From the NCBI GenBank assembly GCA_034189235.1, contig JAXHVJ010000003.1, positions 7,828 through 71,827 of the forward strand: a DNA stretch of 64,000 nucleotides, in the 5' to 3' direction. The position numbers were made by a program, and so were the translations under genes. This stretch comes from Pseudomonadota bacterium (GTDB taxonomy: Bacteria > Pseudomonadota > Gammaproteobacteria > Pseudomonadales > Oleiphilaceae). A model generated the notes under the pieces. It made no database searches. It was not told the origin of the DNA and saw only the letters and a program-made list of their open reading frames with translations. Below are positions 1 to 10,188 of the stretch, piece by piece. Numbering within the stretch: position 1 is the first letter of the stretch; every line of letters starts with the position of its first letter.

Positions 1-366
1 GTTCCTGTGATGGAAGCGGCCTCCGGACTGCTGGATCGCCTGGAGTCGCTGGCGGAGTTGCTGGATGACTGGACGGGCACCCGGAGCTATACGACGGCTT
101 TGAAGGCCCAGAAAAAGAGCCTGGCACACGGGGTACCCTCCACACGAGTGCTGGAGGCCATGCGTTGTTCCGGCCTCGGACACCGGGACTGGGTGATGGA
201 GATGTCCCTTCGCCACCAGCAGACCATGCGGGCAGAGGCGATGGCGCCGGATGTCCAGGAGGCGTTCCGGGCAATGAGCCGGGATTCCCTGGCTGAGCAA
301 GCCCGGATGGAGGCCCATGATTCCCAGCCATTCGAGCAGTTCCTGGCAGACTACCTGAGGTCCTGA
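1..366 (+). CDS. gshA: Glutamate-cysteine ligase, C-terminal fragment (5' end outside window)
   Basis: The frame is open from base 1. The tail ...VPSTRVLEAMR...SLAEQARMEAHDSQPFEQFLADYL resembles the C-terminus of proteobacterial GshA as I remember it. Confidence 0.5.
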   Translation, partial: VPVMEAASGLLDRLESLAELLDDWTGTRSYTTALKAQKKSLAHGVPSTRVLEAMRCSGLGHRDWVMEMSLRHQQTMRAEAMAPDVQEAFRAMSRDSLAEQARMEAHDSQPFEQFLADYLRS

Positions 367-527
367 GAGTGTAGTGCGGTCTCTGTCGGAGCCCGGAGGG
401 AATCTGTTGCACAGAATCCGGACATCGGTTTGTCAGAGCTACAAGCCGCCAGCGCTTGAAGTTCCCCGGGGTTTAGGGTTAAGTGGCGGGTCTCTGAGCT
501 TCAAGTCTTCATTCCGAGGGTGTTGTT

Positions 528-1034
528 TTGGCTGGCAGATGGGTTTTTGCAGTTGTTTTTCTGGTCTGTGCCGCGTTGCTCGGCGTGGCCTTCTATATGG
601 AATACGTGATGGGGCTGGAGCCCTGCCCGCTTTGCTGGCTCCAGCGTTTCGGCTTCATGGGCGCAGGGCTGGTCAGCTTGCTGGCGTTCCTCCATGGGCC
701 CACCGGCTGGGGTGTTCGTGTCTATGGCTTCCTGCTGGCGCTGACCGCAGGAACGGGGCTGGGCATTGCCGGGCGCCAGCTCTGGCTGCAGAGTCTGCCA
801 GCGGATCAGGTACCGGCTTGCGGGCCTTCGGTCGATTACATGCTTGAGGTCCTGCCCTGGATGGAGGTGCTTACTACCGCCCTCAGAGGTACCGGTGACT
901 GTGCCGAGGTGGTCTGGCGATTCCTGGGGCTGAGCATTCCGGGCTGGACCGCGGTGTTTTTTTCGGTGCTGGTGCTGGCAGGCCTGTATTTCCTGTTCAG
1001 ACGGCCGCAACCCCGGAGCTGGATTCGCAGCTGA
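528..1034 (+). CDS. dsbB: Disulfide bond formation protein B
   Basis: TTG start with GAGGG 7 nt upstream. Four hydrophobic segments and a CPLC motif in the first periplasmic loop (EPCPLCWLQR), as in DsbB. Confidence 0.85.
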   Translation: MAGRWVFAVVFLVCAALLGVAFYMEYVMGLEPCPLCWLQRFGFMGAGLVSLLAFLHGPTGWGVRVYGFLLALTAGTGLGIAGRQLWLQSLPADQVPACGPSVDYMLEVLPWMEVLTTALRGTGDCAEVVWRFLGLSIPGWTAVFFSVLVLAGLYFLFRRPQPRSWIRS

Positions 1035-1137
1035 AGCGGTTGCGGGCAACCGTGGCGTTGGGGTACCTTGAATCCCGAACTGCAAGCAATTGCACCGGGG
1101 TCAAACGCTTCGGGTAAACGAGCGGAGAACAGGCGTC

Positions 1138-1617
1138 ATGTTGGAGAATTGCCGAAATGCCAGGGAACGCTGGGGCGGTGTCAGCGAACTGATTGATCAC
1201 TGGCTGAAAGAGCGTCAGGAGCTACTGGTTCATTACTGTGATTTGACCGGAGAAAACGATTTCACCCGGACCGAATCCCTGATGGAAAAGTTCGTTCGCT
1301 TGTGTGAGGTGCTGGTGGATTATGTCTCCGCCGGCCACTTCGAAATCTACGAGCAGTTGATACAGGAAGCCCGTGAGTTCAACGACGGCGGCCTGGAGCT
1401 GGCGGCCAGGGTGTATCCGGGGATCGAGCAGACGACGGAAATTGCGCTCAACTTCAATGATCGTCTGAACGGCCAGTCACTCTCTGAACCCCGGGTCCGT
1501 GAACTGTTCAATGACCTCTCAAGGCTGGGGGAGGCTCTGGAGAGCCGGTTCGAGATGGAGGACTTCCTGATCGAGCATCTGCACAATGCCCATGCGGCAC
1601 AGGTTGCTTCCGCCTGA
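1138..1617 (+). CDS. rsd: Rsd/AlgQ family anti-sigma-70 regulator
   Basis: ATG at 1138 preceded by GGAGAA. The sequence LENCRNARERWGGVSELIDHWLKERQELLVHYC is typical of Rsd/AlgQ. Lies next to dsbB, as in Pseudomonas. Confidence 0.8.
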   Translation: MLENCRNARERWGGVSELIDHWLKERQELLVHYCDLTGENDFTRTESLMEKFVRLCEVLVDYVSAGHFEIYEQLIQEAREFNDGGLELAARVYPGIEQTTEIALNFNDRLNGQSLSEPRVRELFNDLSRLGEALESRFEMEDFLIEHLHNAHAAQVASA

Positions 1618-1641
1618 TCGGGGCGGTCAATCGACCATGAA

Positions 1642-1683
1642 AAAAGCCTCAGCCCGGCAGGTTGCCCGGCACTGAGGCTTTTC
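1642..1683. terminator. Bidirectional intrinsic terminator between convergent rsd and the FKBP gene
   Basis: AAAAGCCTCAG ... CTGAGGCTTTT stem flanked by an A-run and a T-run. Confidence 0.7.
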
Positions 1684-1695
1684 TGTATCCGCAGA

Positions 1696-2433
1696 TTACT
1701 CGGGCGCTGAGTCTTCTCCGGCGTCTGCCTGAGGATTGACGTCAAGCAGCTCGACATCAAAGACCAGGGTTTCGTTGGGGCCGATACTGCGATTGCCGCC
1801 CGGGCCATAAGCAAGGTCCGCCGGGATGTAGAGCTTGTAACGGGCACCCTCGCTCATCAGTTGCAGGCCCTCGGTCCAACCCGGAATAACCTGGTTCAGG
1901 GCGAAAGTGACCGGTTCGCCGCGCTCGCGGGAGCTGTCAAACACCTCACCGGACAGCAGTTCGCCGGTGTAGTGGACCCTGACGGTATCTTCGGCGGACG
2001 GCTTGTCGCCGCTGCCTTCTTCGATCACTTCATACTGCAGGCCGGACTCGGTGGTCTCAACGCCGTCCTTCTCCGCATTTTCCGCCAGGAAGGCTTCGCC
2101 GGCCTCCTTGTTCTTCCGGGCCAGCTCTTCCATCTGCATCTTCTGGTCTTCCTGCAGTTTCTGCTGGTAGGCCACCAGGGCTTGCTGGATTTCCTCCCGG
2201 GTCAGGCGCCTGGTTTCCTCGTCTCCGGCATGGCCGTGCTGGATGCCTTGCAGGAACTGGTCCATCTGCAGATCCGGCAGGTCGTTGCTCATCCGCTCAC
2301 CGAGCACCAGGCCCATACCGTAACTGACCTTCTGCTCGGTGGATTCCAGCTTGGGATCTTCGGGAGCTTCCGGTGGAGTGGAACAACCGGTGACGACACC
2401 GGCCATGGCCAATGCAAGCAGGGTTTTCTTCAT
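1696..2433 (-). CDS. FKBP-type peptidyl-prolyl cis-trans isomerase, lipoprotein (Mip/FkpA-like)
   Basis: Lipobox MKKTLLALAMAGVVTGC. C-terminal FKBP domain (VRVHYTGELLSGEVFDSS...GWTEGLQLM...LYIPADLAYG). Confidence 0.9.
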   Translation of the reverse strand: MKKTLLALAMAGVVTGCSTPPEAPEDPKLESTEQKVSYGMGLVLGERMSNDLPDLQMDQFLQGIQHGHAGDEETRRLTREEIQQALVAYQQKLQEDQKMQMEELARKNKEAGEAFLAENAEKDGVETTESGLQYEVIEEGSGDKPSAEDTVRVHYTGELLSGEVFDSSRERGEPVTFALNQVIPGWTEGLQLMSEGARYKLYIPADLAYGPGGNRSIGPNETLVFDVELLDVNPQADAGEDSAPE

Positions 2434-2565
2434 TACTGAGTCCTTAACGGTTTACGTAAGTGCGCGGGAGCGACACTCCCGGATTGTCATTATTGAAATA
2501 CAGAAGGTAACGGGTTCCGGCGCGAGATGCCACTGAACATGTGTTAAGGAACCCGACCCTTTCTG

Positions 2566-2955
2566 TCAGCTGCCGTTACTACCGGCGGTAGGGCCCAGGG
2601 AAAAGGGCGCGCTGTAGGGGGATTGCCAGTCGCTTTCAGAATCCTGGGCCGGGGAACCCGCGCGGGCCTTGTCCGGGCGTTCAATGGCCAGTGTGTTCCA
2701 GGGCCCCCGGGCCGGTGGCTGGTCGGCATAGTGCCAGTTGCCGTCGGTGTCCTGCCATTTGAAAATGATCTCCGGGCCTTCGGTCGGCACGGGGGAGGGT
2801 ACCAGGCCTTCAAACGCAGGAATTTCCTGCTCGGGTTCCTGATTGTCTGCTACGGGTTGGGATACCTCCCGGGGATCGTCAATTCCGAAGAACATCAGAA
2901 CCAGAAGAAATGCCAGGGCCGGAAACGAGAGCCGGATGAGCCATTTCATCATCAT
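2566..2955 (-). CDS. DUF4124-like secreted protein
   Basis: Signal/TM segment, then a W-D-GNWHYADQPP motif typical of DUF4124. 4-nt overlap with the upstream gene. Confidence 0.55.
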   Translation of the reverse strand: MMMKWLIRLSFPALAFLLVLMFFGIDDPREVSQPVADNQEPEQEIPAFEGLVPSPVPTEGPEIIFKWQDTDGNWHYADQPPARGPWNTLAIERPDKARAGSPAQDSESDWQSPYSAPFSLGPTAGSNGS

Positions 2956-3464
2956 GGCTGGGTGTCTCCATTGGAGAATGAGGCCAGAATGTCGGCCAGT
3001 GTATTCAGCTCAGCTGCTGCATCGGAGGCCTGTTCCGGCCGGCAGGCAGCGGTGGCAAGGTTGTTTCGGATCAGCCGGGCATGTCCAGTCATATGGGCCT
3101 TGTCCGGAGTCTCGGTTGCAAGTTTTTGCCAGGCCAGGGCCAGTTCCAGCTGCTCGGCCTGCAGTTCAAGGCCGGCAACACCTTCGCGAAGGTCCTGACT
3201 GGGTTCGTGGCCTTTGGGGAGATATTTGCGCACTGCCCGCAAAGCACCGGTTACATGCTGGCGCCACTCTGTTACCGTAACGTGCTCTGTGCCGCTGTAT
3301 GGTCTGCCTTCAAGGGCCAGCCAGCCAGCGCATAGAATCCGTGTAACGTTCCAGCCCTGATCCTGGAGCGCAAGACAGGTTCGCTGGGCACCGGGCATTC
3401 GCCAGAATGCCAGGGCGAAACGCCAAATCGGGTTGTCCGGTTCCAGTTTCTCCGGTAATTCCAC
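2952..3464 (-). CDS. Conserved hypothetical protein (TIGR02444/DUF2390-like)
   Basis: The N-terminal NPIWRFALAFWRMPGAQRTCLALQDQGWNVTRILCAGWLA resembles this family from memory. Codon usage looks coding. Confidence 0.5.
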   Translation of the reverse strand: MELPEKLEPDNPIWRFALAFWRMPGAQRTCLALQDQGWNVTRILCAGWLALEGRPYSGTEHVTVTEWRQHVTGALRAVRKYLPKGHEPSQDLREGVAGLELQAEQLELALAWQKLATETPDKAHMTGHARLIRNNLATAACRPEQASDAAAELNTLADILASFSNGDTQP

Positions 3465-3506
3465 GCTGAACCTGCCCTGACCATCTTACGCTGATAAAAT
3501 GGATTT

Positions 3507-5453
3507 ATGTTAACGATTACTGAACTCAGTTTACAACGGGGTGGTGTCTGGTTGCTAGAATCCGTGAATCTCACGGTTCAGCCGGGCCAGAGAGTTGCCA
3601 TCGTAGGTGCCAATGGTGCCGGTAAATCCAGCCTTTTCCAGCTCTTTTTGGGTCAGTTGGCGCCGGAGCAGGGCAGTGTTTCCCTGCCCGGGGGCTGCCG
3701 CATCGCCCACATGGCCCAGGAAGTGGCAGCGTCAGAACGCAGCGCGCGGGATTTTGTGCTCGATGGCGACCGGGAACTGAGGCGGATGGAGTCCGAACTG
3801 GCGAAGGCCGAAGCGGCCGGCGACGATCATGCCGCAGCCAGGATCCACGGCGAGCTGGATGTGCATGAGGCCTGGTCAGCGCCACGCCGGGCCGAGTCGC
3901 TTCTCCGTGGCCTGGGATTTGCCGATGGCGATGCCGAACGACCGGTTTCGGCCTTCTCCGGTGGCTGGCGGATTCGCCTGAACCTTGCCCGGGCGCTGAT
4001 GCGGCCCTCGGACCTGTTGTTGCTGGACGAGCCCACCAACCACCTGGATCTGGATGCCTGCCTGTGGCTGGAGAACTGGCTGCGGCGCTATCCCGGGACA
4101 CTGCTGTTCATTTCCCACGACCGGGACTTCATGGATCGGGTGGCCTCTCACGTGGTGCACTTTGATCAGCATAAGCTGGAGCTATACACCGGCAACTACT
4201 CGGCCTTCGAGCGCCAGCGTGGCGAGCGTCTGTCCCAGCAACAGGCCAATTATGAGCGCCAGCAGGCCCGGGTTGCCGAGATCCAGCGCTTTATCGACCG
4301 GTTCAGGGCCCAGGCCACCAAGGCCCGGCAAGCCCAGAGCCGGGTCAAGGCCCTGGAGCGGATGGAGCGCATTGCCCCGGCCCACATCGACTCTCCGTTC
4401 AGCTTCGAATTCCCGGTGGCGGAAAAGGTCTCCAACCCCTTGCTGTCCATTCGCAACGGGCAGGCCGGCTATGGTGAAAGCGTAATCCTGGACAATATCA
4501 ATCTGACCCTGCTGCCGGGCAGCCGCATCGGTCTGCTGGGCCCCAACGGTGCCGGCAAGTCCACCCTGATGGATACCCTCCGGGGCGAGCGCACAATGCT
4601 GGCCGGTGAGCGAACCTGTGGCGAGCATCTGGCGATCGGCTACTTCGCCCAGCACCAGCTCGAGTCCCTGGATCTGGATGCCAGCCCGTTTCTGCATCTG
4701 CAACGCCTGGCGCCGAAGGCGCCGGAGCAGAGCATCCGCAATTTCCTGGGCGGTTTCGATTTCCATGGCGACGAGGCGCTGAGCCCGATCCACTCGTTCT
4801 CCGGTGGCGAAAAGGCCCGGGTGGCTCTGGCGGTGATCGCCTGGCAAAGACCCAACCTGTTGCTGCTCGATGAGCCCACCAACCACCTTGACCTGGAAAT
4901 GCGGCAGTCGCTGACCATGGCCCTGCAGAATTTCGAGGGTGCCATTGTGGTGGTTTCCCACGACCGACACCTGCTGCGTAATACCGTCGACAATTTCTGG
5001 CTGGTCAATGACGGCCGGGTCTCCGGGTACGACGGCGATCTGGAGGATTACGAACGCTGGCTGGCTGACCGTCGCAAGGAACGGGACGAGGGTGAGGCCC
5101 CCCGGCGGGAGGCAGCGGGGGCAACCACGGCCCGTGCTGCCAATGGCGTGGGCGAGAGTGCCGACGACCGCAAGGCGCGCAAGCGCATGGAAGCGGAGAT
5201 TCGCAAGAAGCTCAGCCCCTACCGGAAACAGCAGGCGAGTCTCGAGAAAGAGATGGAGCAACTGCAGCAGACGCAGGTGCAACTGGAACAAGACCTGTCG
5301 GATCCGGGCCTGTACGAGGAAGCGGGAAAGGCCAGGTTGAATGAATTGCTCGCCCGCCAGGCCGACACCAGCCGGCGCCTTGAGGAAGTCGAGGCGCAGT
5401 GGCTGGACATCAGCGAGACTGTGGAAACCCTGGAAGAAGAGCTTACCGGTTAG
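3507..5453 (+). CDS. ABC-F family ATPase (YheS-like), two ABC domains plus C-terminal coiled coil
   Basis: Two Walker A motifs (GANGAGKSS, GPNGAGKST), two LSGG signatures (FSGGWRIR, FSGGEKAR), two LLLLDEPTNHLD Walker B motifs. No TM domain. Confidence 0.9.
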   Translation: MLTITELSLQRGGVWLLESVNLTVQPGQRVAIVGANGAGKSSLFQLFLGQLAPEQGSVSLPGGCRIAHMAQEVAASERSARDFVLDGDRELRRMESELAKAEAAGDDHAAARIHGELDVHEAWSAPRRAESLLRGLGFADGDAERPVSAFSGGWRIRLNLARALMRPSDLLLLDEPTNHLDLDACLWLENWLRRYPGTLLFISHDRDFMDRVASHVVHFDQHKLELYTGNYSAFERQRGERLSQQQANYERQQARVAEIQRFIDRFRAQATKARQAQSRVKALERMERIAPAHIDSPFSFEFPVAEKVSNPLLSIRNGQAGYGESVILDNINLTLLPGSRIGLLGPNGAGKSTLMDTLRGERTMLAGERTCGEHLAIGYFAQHQLESLDLDASPFLHLQRLAPKAPEQSIRNFLGGFDFHGDEALSPIHSFSGGEKARVALAVIAWQRPNLLLLDEPTNHLDLEMRQSLTMALQNFEGAIVVVSHDRHLLRNTVDNFWLVNDGRVSGYDGDLEDYERWLADRRKERDEGEAPRREAAGATTARAANGVGESADDRKARKRMEAEIRKKLSPYRKQQASLEKEMEQLQQTQVQLEQDLSDPGLYEEAGKARLNELLARQADTSRRLEEVEAQWLDISETVETLEEELTG

Positions 5454-7024
5454 TCCGGATTGACCTCCAGCGTGAAATCCTGTCGGGCCAGATAGTCCCG
5501 TTCGTTCCGGAGGTCAGCCAGGGTCAATGGCCGGTCATCGAGCCAGCCGTCGGGGAAAGTGATCGTCAGCTTGTCATTACCCGGTTCCAGCCGGAACTCC
5601 GGCGGAGGCTCCATATTCCGGGGATGCTGCAGCAACACGGCCAGCCGAACCAGGATGCACAGGCGGCGCAGCCGCGACGTATCCTCCGGATCGAGCCCTT
5701 CGAAAATGGCCGGTGCAAACTTGCGCCGATGGCCCCGGACCAGTGTCGCCAGGTCCCGCTGGAACTGCTGGCTGAAGCCCGGAAGATCGGAGTAACGGAG
5801 CAGGTAGGCCCCGTGCTTGTGGTACTGGCTGTGGGAAATGGTCAGGCCGATCTCATGCAGCCGGCAGGCCCACCGCAGTACTTCCTCATCCGTGGCGGTG
5901 CGCAGGCCCCAGTAATCGGCAACCTGCTCCCAGGCCGCCACGGCGGTTGCTTCCACGGCGGCACCATGGGCCTGGTCCACGTGATAGCGTTCCTGAAGCG
6001 CGGAAATGGTGCGTTCGCGCACGTCCTCGTGCTGGATCCGTCCGACGATGTCATAGAGCAGGCCTTCTCTCAGGGCACCATCGGCAAAGGTCATGTCCTC
6101 AATGCCCAGAGACTGGAAGGCCCCCATCAGAATGGCAAAACCGCCGGGGAAGATGCTCTGTCGGTCCGAACGGACCCCCAGGTCGCCAAGTTTGTCGGTC
6201 TTGCCCATATCCACCAGTCGCTTGCGTAACTCCTGCATGCCGGCACGGGTGATGGTGCCATCGGTGATCTTCAGGGTCGTCAGGACGCTGGCAATTGCCT
6301 TGATGGTGCCGGAGGAGCCGACCGCGCTCTGCCAGCCCACGTTCCGGTAATGCTGGCGGATATTCAGCAACTCCTGCTCGGCGTGGGTCACCGCCCGGTC
6401 CATCTGGCGCCGGGTGATCTTGCCGTCGGGGAAGTAGCGGTTACGGAAAGAGACACAGCCCATGTGCAGGCTTTCCAGCTCCTGCGGCTCGAATCGCTGG
6501 CCAATGATGAACTCGGTGCTGCCGCCGCCAATATCGACCACCAGGCGCCGGCCGATGTCGTCGGACAGGGTATGGGAAACGCCCAGATAGATCAGGCGGG
6601 CCTCCTCCCGGCCGGCGATGATTTCAACCGGATAGCCCAGGACTTCCTCGGCACGGTTCATGAACTGGTGAGCGTTGCGGGCCACCCGAAGGGCATTGGT
6701 ACCCACCACCTGGACTGCCTCAGGGGGCATCCCCTGCAGCCGCTGGGCGAACCGGCTCAGGCATTCCAGTGCGCGTTCCTGGGCGTCCTCTGTGAGGCGG
6801 TTATACTGGTCCAGGCCAGCAGCCAGCTGCACCTTCTCGCCCATTTTTTCCAGGGTACGGATTTCTCCGTGTACCAGCCGGGCCACGACCATGTGGAAAC
6901 TGTTGGAGCCCATATCAATGGCTGCCAGCATTTCCGGGCCCTGTGCAGCGTATTCGGCGTTGTCTTCGGCCGTCACGTCGTCGGAAATCCTTGTGCGGTG
7001 AACTTGCGGGGTACTATAAGCCAT
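5450..7024 (-). CDS. ppx: Exopolyphosphatase / pppGpp phosphohydrolase (Ppx/GppA family)
   Basis: AAIDMGSNSFHMVV and DIGGGSTEF ASKHA-fold motifs, plus a C-terminal HD-like region. Adjacent to trxA/rho, as in Pseudomonas. Confidence 0.85.
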   Translation of the reverse strand: MAYSTPQVHRTRISDDVTAEDNAEYAAQGPEMLAAIDMGSNSFHMVVARLVHGEIRTLEKMGEKVQLAAGLDQYNRLTEDAQERALECLSRFAQRLQGMPPEAVQVVGTNALRVARNAHQFMNRAEEVLGYPVEIIAGREEARLIYLGVSHTLSDDIGRRLVVDIGGGSTEFIIGQRFEPQELESLHMGCVSFRNRYFPDGKITRRQMDRAVTHAEQELLNIRQHYRNVGWQSAVGSSGTIKAIASVLTTLKITDGTITRAGMQELRKRLVDMGKTDKLGDLGVRSDRQSIFPGGFAILMGAFQSLGIEDMTFADGALREGLLYDIVGRIQHEDVRERTISALQERYHVDQAHGAAVEATAVAAWEQVADYWGLRTATDEEVLRWACRLHEIGLTISHSQYHKHGAYLLRYSDLPGFSQQFQRDLATLVRGHRRKFAPAIFEGLDPEDTSRLRRLCILVRLAVLLQHPRNMEPPPEFRLEPGNDKLTITFPDGWLDDRPLTLADLRNERDYLARQDFTLEVNPD

Positions 7025-7264
7025 CTGTCTCCGGCCTGTCAGTAACAGAACGACCGGATAATCTGACCGGTATCAGTATCGTGGCGATGAATAGTGTGGG
7101 ATCTACCGCTTCACATCGGGCTGATCTATCGCGTAAAGTATTGGTTAACCCAAGCAGGTTGAACGGCTGTTTTTCGGCAGCCTTCAGGCTACAGTCAACA
7201 GCACCCTGCCGGCTCGCGCAACCGCGCGGTACAGCTCCGGCGGTGCCTGAATCAGGAAAAGGTA

Positions 7265-7591
7265 ATGAGCGGAAATATCGTAAATGTCACCGATGCTTCT
7301 TTCGAGCAGGATGTACTGAAGTCCGACGTTCCCGTACTGGTGGACTACTGGGCCGAGTGGTGTGGCCCCTGCAAGATGATCGCGCCGGTCCTGGAAGAGA
7401 TTGCCGACGAGTACGAAGGCAAACTGAAGGTCTGCAAGCTGAACATCGACGAAAACGAGCAGACCCCGCCCAAGTTCAACATTCGCGGCATCCCGACGCT
7501 GATGCTGTTCAAGAACGGCAACGTTGACGCAACCAAGGTTGGCGCCCTGTCCAAATCCCAGCTGGCAGCCTTCCTCGATAGCAACCTTTGA
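7265..7591 (+). CDS. trxA: Thioredoxin 1
   Basis: 108 aa with the WCGPC active site. Near-canonical TrxA sequence. Confidence 0.95.
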   Translation: MSGNIVNVTDASFEQDVLKSDVPVLVDYWAEWCGPCKMIAPVLEEIADEYEGKLKVCKLNIDENEQTPPKFNIRGIPTLMLFKNGNVDATKVGALSKSQLAAFLDSNL

Positions 7592-7606
7592 TACCGTTGC
7601 TGCCGG

Positions 7607-7645
7607 AAAACCGCCCCTGAACAAGATTCACGGGCGGTTTTTATT
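7607..7645. terminator. Bidirectional intrinsic terminator between convergent trxA and moaE
   Basis: AAAACCGCCC ... GGGCGGTTTTT stem with T-runs usable on both strands. Confidence 0.8.
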
Positions 7646-7673
7646 GTCTTGAGTAAGCCACTCCTCCGGGGAA

Positions 7674-8120
7674 TCAACCCCAGGCCTGTGACCGGTCCCG
7701 GTCAGAAGCCTTCTGCTCCACCCAATGCTCACTGTCCCCGGTAATCTCCTTCTTCCAGAACGGCGCCGAGGTTTTCAGTGCATCCATGATGAATTCACAG
7801 GCGGCGAAGGCGTCGCCTCTGTGGGCACTGCAAATTCCTACAAAGACAATCTGGTCACACAGAGCGAGCCGTCCGACCCGGTGAATCACCCGTGCCTCGC
7901 GCACCTCCCAGCGCTGGGAGGCCTGATCAATCAGCCCCTGGATCACCTGCTCGGTCATCCCCGGGTAATGCTCCAGATACAGCCCGGTCACCCCTTGGAG
8001 ATCGCCGCTGTCCCGCACCAGTCCGGTAAACGTCGTAATTGCTCCGGTTCCTGCACCACTGTCCCGCAGTGCCTGGTACTCCACTGCCGGATCAAAATCA
8101 TCAGTCTGAACAGAGATCAT
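7674..8120 (-). CDS. moaE: Molybdopterin synthase catalytic subunit
   Basis: Typical MoaE sequence (GAITTFTGLVRD...LEHYPGMTE...APFWKKE). Confidence 0.9.
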   Translation of the reverse strand: MISVQTDDFDPAVEYQALRDSGAGTGAITTFTGLVRDSGDLQGVTGLYLEHYPGMTEQVIQGLIDQASQRWEVREARVIHRVGRLALCDQIVFVGICSAHRGDAFAACEFIMDALKTSAPFWKKEITGDSEHWVEQKASDRDRSQAWG

Positions 8121-8121
8121 T

Positions 8122-8382
8122 TCAGCCTCCCGTAACCGGTGGGAAAAAGGCCACCTCGTCCCCGGCCTTGACCGGGGTCGACGGCTTGGCCATCACCTGG
8201 TTCACCGCGATCATGACCGGCTGGTCGCCCTGCAGCCGGGCCCAGGGGCCGCCCCTGGCCGTCAGCTGCGCGAGAATGTCACCGGCGGTCAGGTCCGGCG
8301 ATGCCCGCAGTTTCAGGCTTTCGGTGTCCAGCTCTTCCCGCAGGCGTGCGAAGAAGCGCACAGTCAGTGTTTCAGTGCTCAT
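8122..8382 (-). CDS. moaD: Molybdopterin synthase sulfur-carrier subunit
   Basis: Corrected start MSTETLTVRFFARLREEL. Ends in FFPPVTGG, the MoaD C-terminal Gly-Gly. The track ORF is N-terminally over-extended into moeA. Confidence 0.85.
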   Translation of the reverse strand: MSTETLTVRFFARLREELDTESLKLRASPDLTAGDILAQLTARGGPWARLQGDQPVMIAVNQVMAKPSTPVKAGDEVAFFPPVTGG

Positions 8383-8384
8383 GA

Positions 8385-9599
8385 TCAGCTCAACAGCTCC
8401 GCAAATGAGTAATAGGTCAGCTCGTCTCCGGCCTTTACCGTCGTGTTCTCCGGAACCACGGCAAGCCCATCGGCCCAACAGGCGGAGCTGAGGACGCCGG
8501 AGCTCTGGTCCGGATAGCAAACAATCTGGAGCTCGTCGCCCGATACCTCTTTGCGAGCCCGCACGAATTCCCGGCGGATGGAAGGGGATTCCACCTCAAA
8601 GCCTGCCGGTACCCGTTCGCCCACAGGCCAGGTCCTGTGACGTCCCTGGCATTTCCGGATATAAGGCATGCCGACAATGAGGAAGGTCACCAGAACGGTC
8701 GCGGGGTTGCCTGGCAGGCCCAGAATGGGGGTGCCGTCAATAGCACCGAATGCCAGTGGCTTGCCCGGTTTGATGGCCAGTCGCCAGAGTGAAAGCTGGC
8801 CAAGCTCCTCCAGCACCGCCCGGACATGGTCTTCCTCACCTACCGAGACGCCACCGCTGGTGATCACCAGGTCCGCCCCGGAGGCGGCGCGCTTCAGGGC
8901 CTCCCGTGTCGCTTCCCGGTTGTCTTTCAGGGTTTCGCAGATGGTGACCTCGCAGCCGGCCCGGGCCAGCAGGCCGAGCAGGGTGAAGCGGTTGGAGTTG
9001 TAGATCTGGCCGCGGGCGAGCGGCTGGCCCGGGTCCACCAGTTCGTCACCAGTGGTGAGCACTGCCACTTTCATGCGGGCGAGGACCGACACCCCGGCAA
9101 AGCCCATGGAAGCGATCAGCCCCATTTCCTGCGGGCGGATCGGGGTACCCCTGATCAGGGCCATATCGCCCTGTTTCAGATCCTGACCCCGAGTGCGGAT
9201 GTTCTGGTCCTTGCCAACCTCGGCCTGAACGAGAATGCCGTCGTCGCTCACTTCCACCCCTTCCTGCATCACCACCGCATCGGCCCCCTCGGGGATCTCC
9301 GAGCCGGTGAAAATCCTGGCTGCGGTGCCTTCGGCCAGGGGGCCGGGGGCCTCGCCGGCGGCAAAGCGGCCGGAAACCGGGATCGGCTGACCGGACTTGA
9401 GGTCGGCCTTGCGGATAGCGTAGCCATCCACCGTGCTGTTATCAGCCGGCGGAACATCGGCCGGCACGTGCAGGTTTTCAGCCAGCACACGCCCAAGGCT
9501 CTCGGTGAGCGGTACGGTTTCCACCCAGGAAATCTCCGGTGCCCGGTCCAGAATGTGGGCGATGGCATCATCAACGGAAGTCAGGTTTTGGCCTGCCAT
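8385..9599 (-). CDS. moeA: Molybdopterin molybdotransferase
   Basis: 404 aa MoeA-like protein (DGYAIR..., ITSGGVSVGEEDH, KPGKPLAFG). Confidence 0.9.
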   Translation of the reverse strand: MAGQNLTSVDDAIAHILDRAPEISWVETVPLTESLGRVLAENLHVPADVPPADNSTVDGYAIRKADLKSGQPIPVSGRFAAGEAPGPLAEGTAARIFTGSEIPEGADAVVMQEGVEVSDDGILVQAEVGKDQNIRTRGQDLKQGDMALIRGTPIRPQEMGLIASMGFAGVSVLARMKVAVLTTGDELVDPGQPLARGQIYNSNRFTLLGLLARAGCEVTICETLKDNREATREALKRAASGADLVITSGGVSVGEEDHVRAVLEELGQLSLWRLAIKPGKPLAFGAIDGTPILGLPGNPATVLVTFLIVGMPYIRKCQGRHRTWPVGERVPAGFEVESPSIRREFVRARKEVSGDELQIVCYPDQSSGVLSSACWADGLAVVPENTTVKAGDELTYYSFAELLS

Positions 9600-9612
9600 A
9601 GGTCAGCTCCTG

Positions 9613-10188
9613 TTATCTGGTTGCCCGGTTGCCAATGACCTGCTGCAAGCGGGGGAACGCGTCATTCGCCGGTTTGCGCAGGGTCAGGGCGGTAAAGTTG
9701 CAGGGTTGGTGTCGGCTGTCCAGCTGGCTCTTCAGGATGCCGTCCCAGCCGGTGCGACAGGCGCTGGTGGAGCCGGGCAGGCAGAAGATCACTGTGTGGT
9801 TGGCCAGGCCGCCAAAGGCCCGGGACTGGACAGTCGACGAGCCGATTTCCTCGGCGGAGAGACGCCGGAACTCCTCGCCGAAACCCTCGATGGATTTGTC
9901 CAGCAGCGCCCCCACAGCTTCCGGTGTGCTGTCGCGTTCATGGAAGCCGGTGCCGCCGGTAATGATCACCACGTGGATCTCCGGATCAGCGATCCAGGCC
10001 GACATCATTGCCCGGATCAGGTAGATGTCATCCGGCAGGATTCGGCGGGCAACCAGGTTGTGGCCGGCTTCCACCGTGCTGTCCTCCAGGAACTGGCCCG
10101 AGGTGTCCTGTTCCGGTCCGCGGGTGTCGGAGACAGTAAGGATGGCCAGGTTCAGGGGCCTGAATTCGTTGGTGCTTTCGCTGCTCAT
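9613..10188 (-). CDS. moaB: Molybdenum cofactor biosynthesis protein B
   Basis: Aligns closely along its length with my memory of E. coli MoaB (ILTVSDTRG..DTSG, ITGGTG, EGFGEEFRRLS.EEIG.ST.QSRA, PGST.ACRT.W). Confidence 0.88.
   Translation of the reverse strand: MSSESTNEFRPLNLAILTVSDTRGPEQDTSGQFLEDSTVEAGHNLVARRILPDDIYLIRAMMSAWIADPEIHVVIITGGTGFHERDSTPEAVGALLDKSIEGFGEEFRRLSAEEIGSSTVQSRAFGGLANHTVIFCLPGSTSACRTGWDGILKSQLDSRHQPCNFTALTLRKPANDAFPRLQQVIGNRATR

Noticed and set aside
374-1085. ORFs 374-847 (+) and 501-1085 (-) overlapping dsbB.
   Set aside because: They overlap the clear DsbB frame. Their translations are Cys/Arg/Gly-rich with no motifs.
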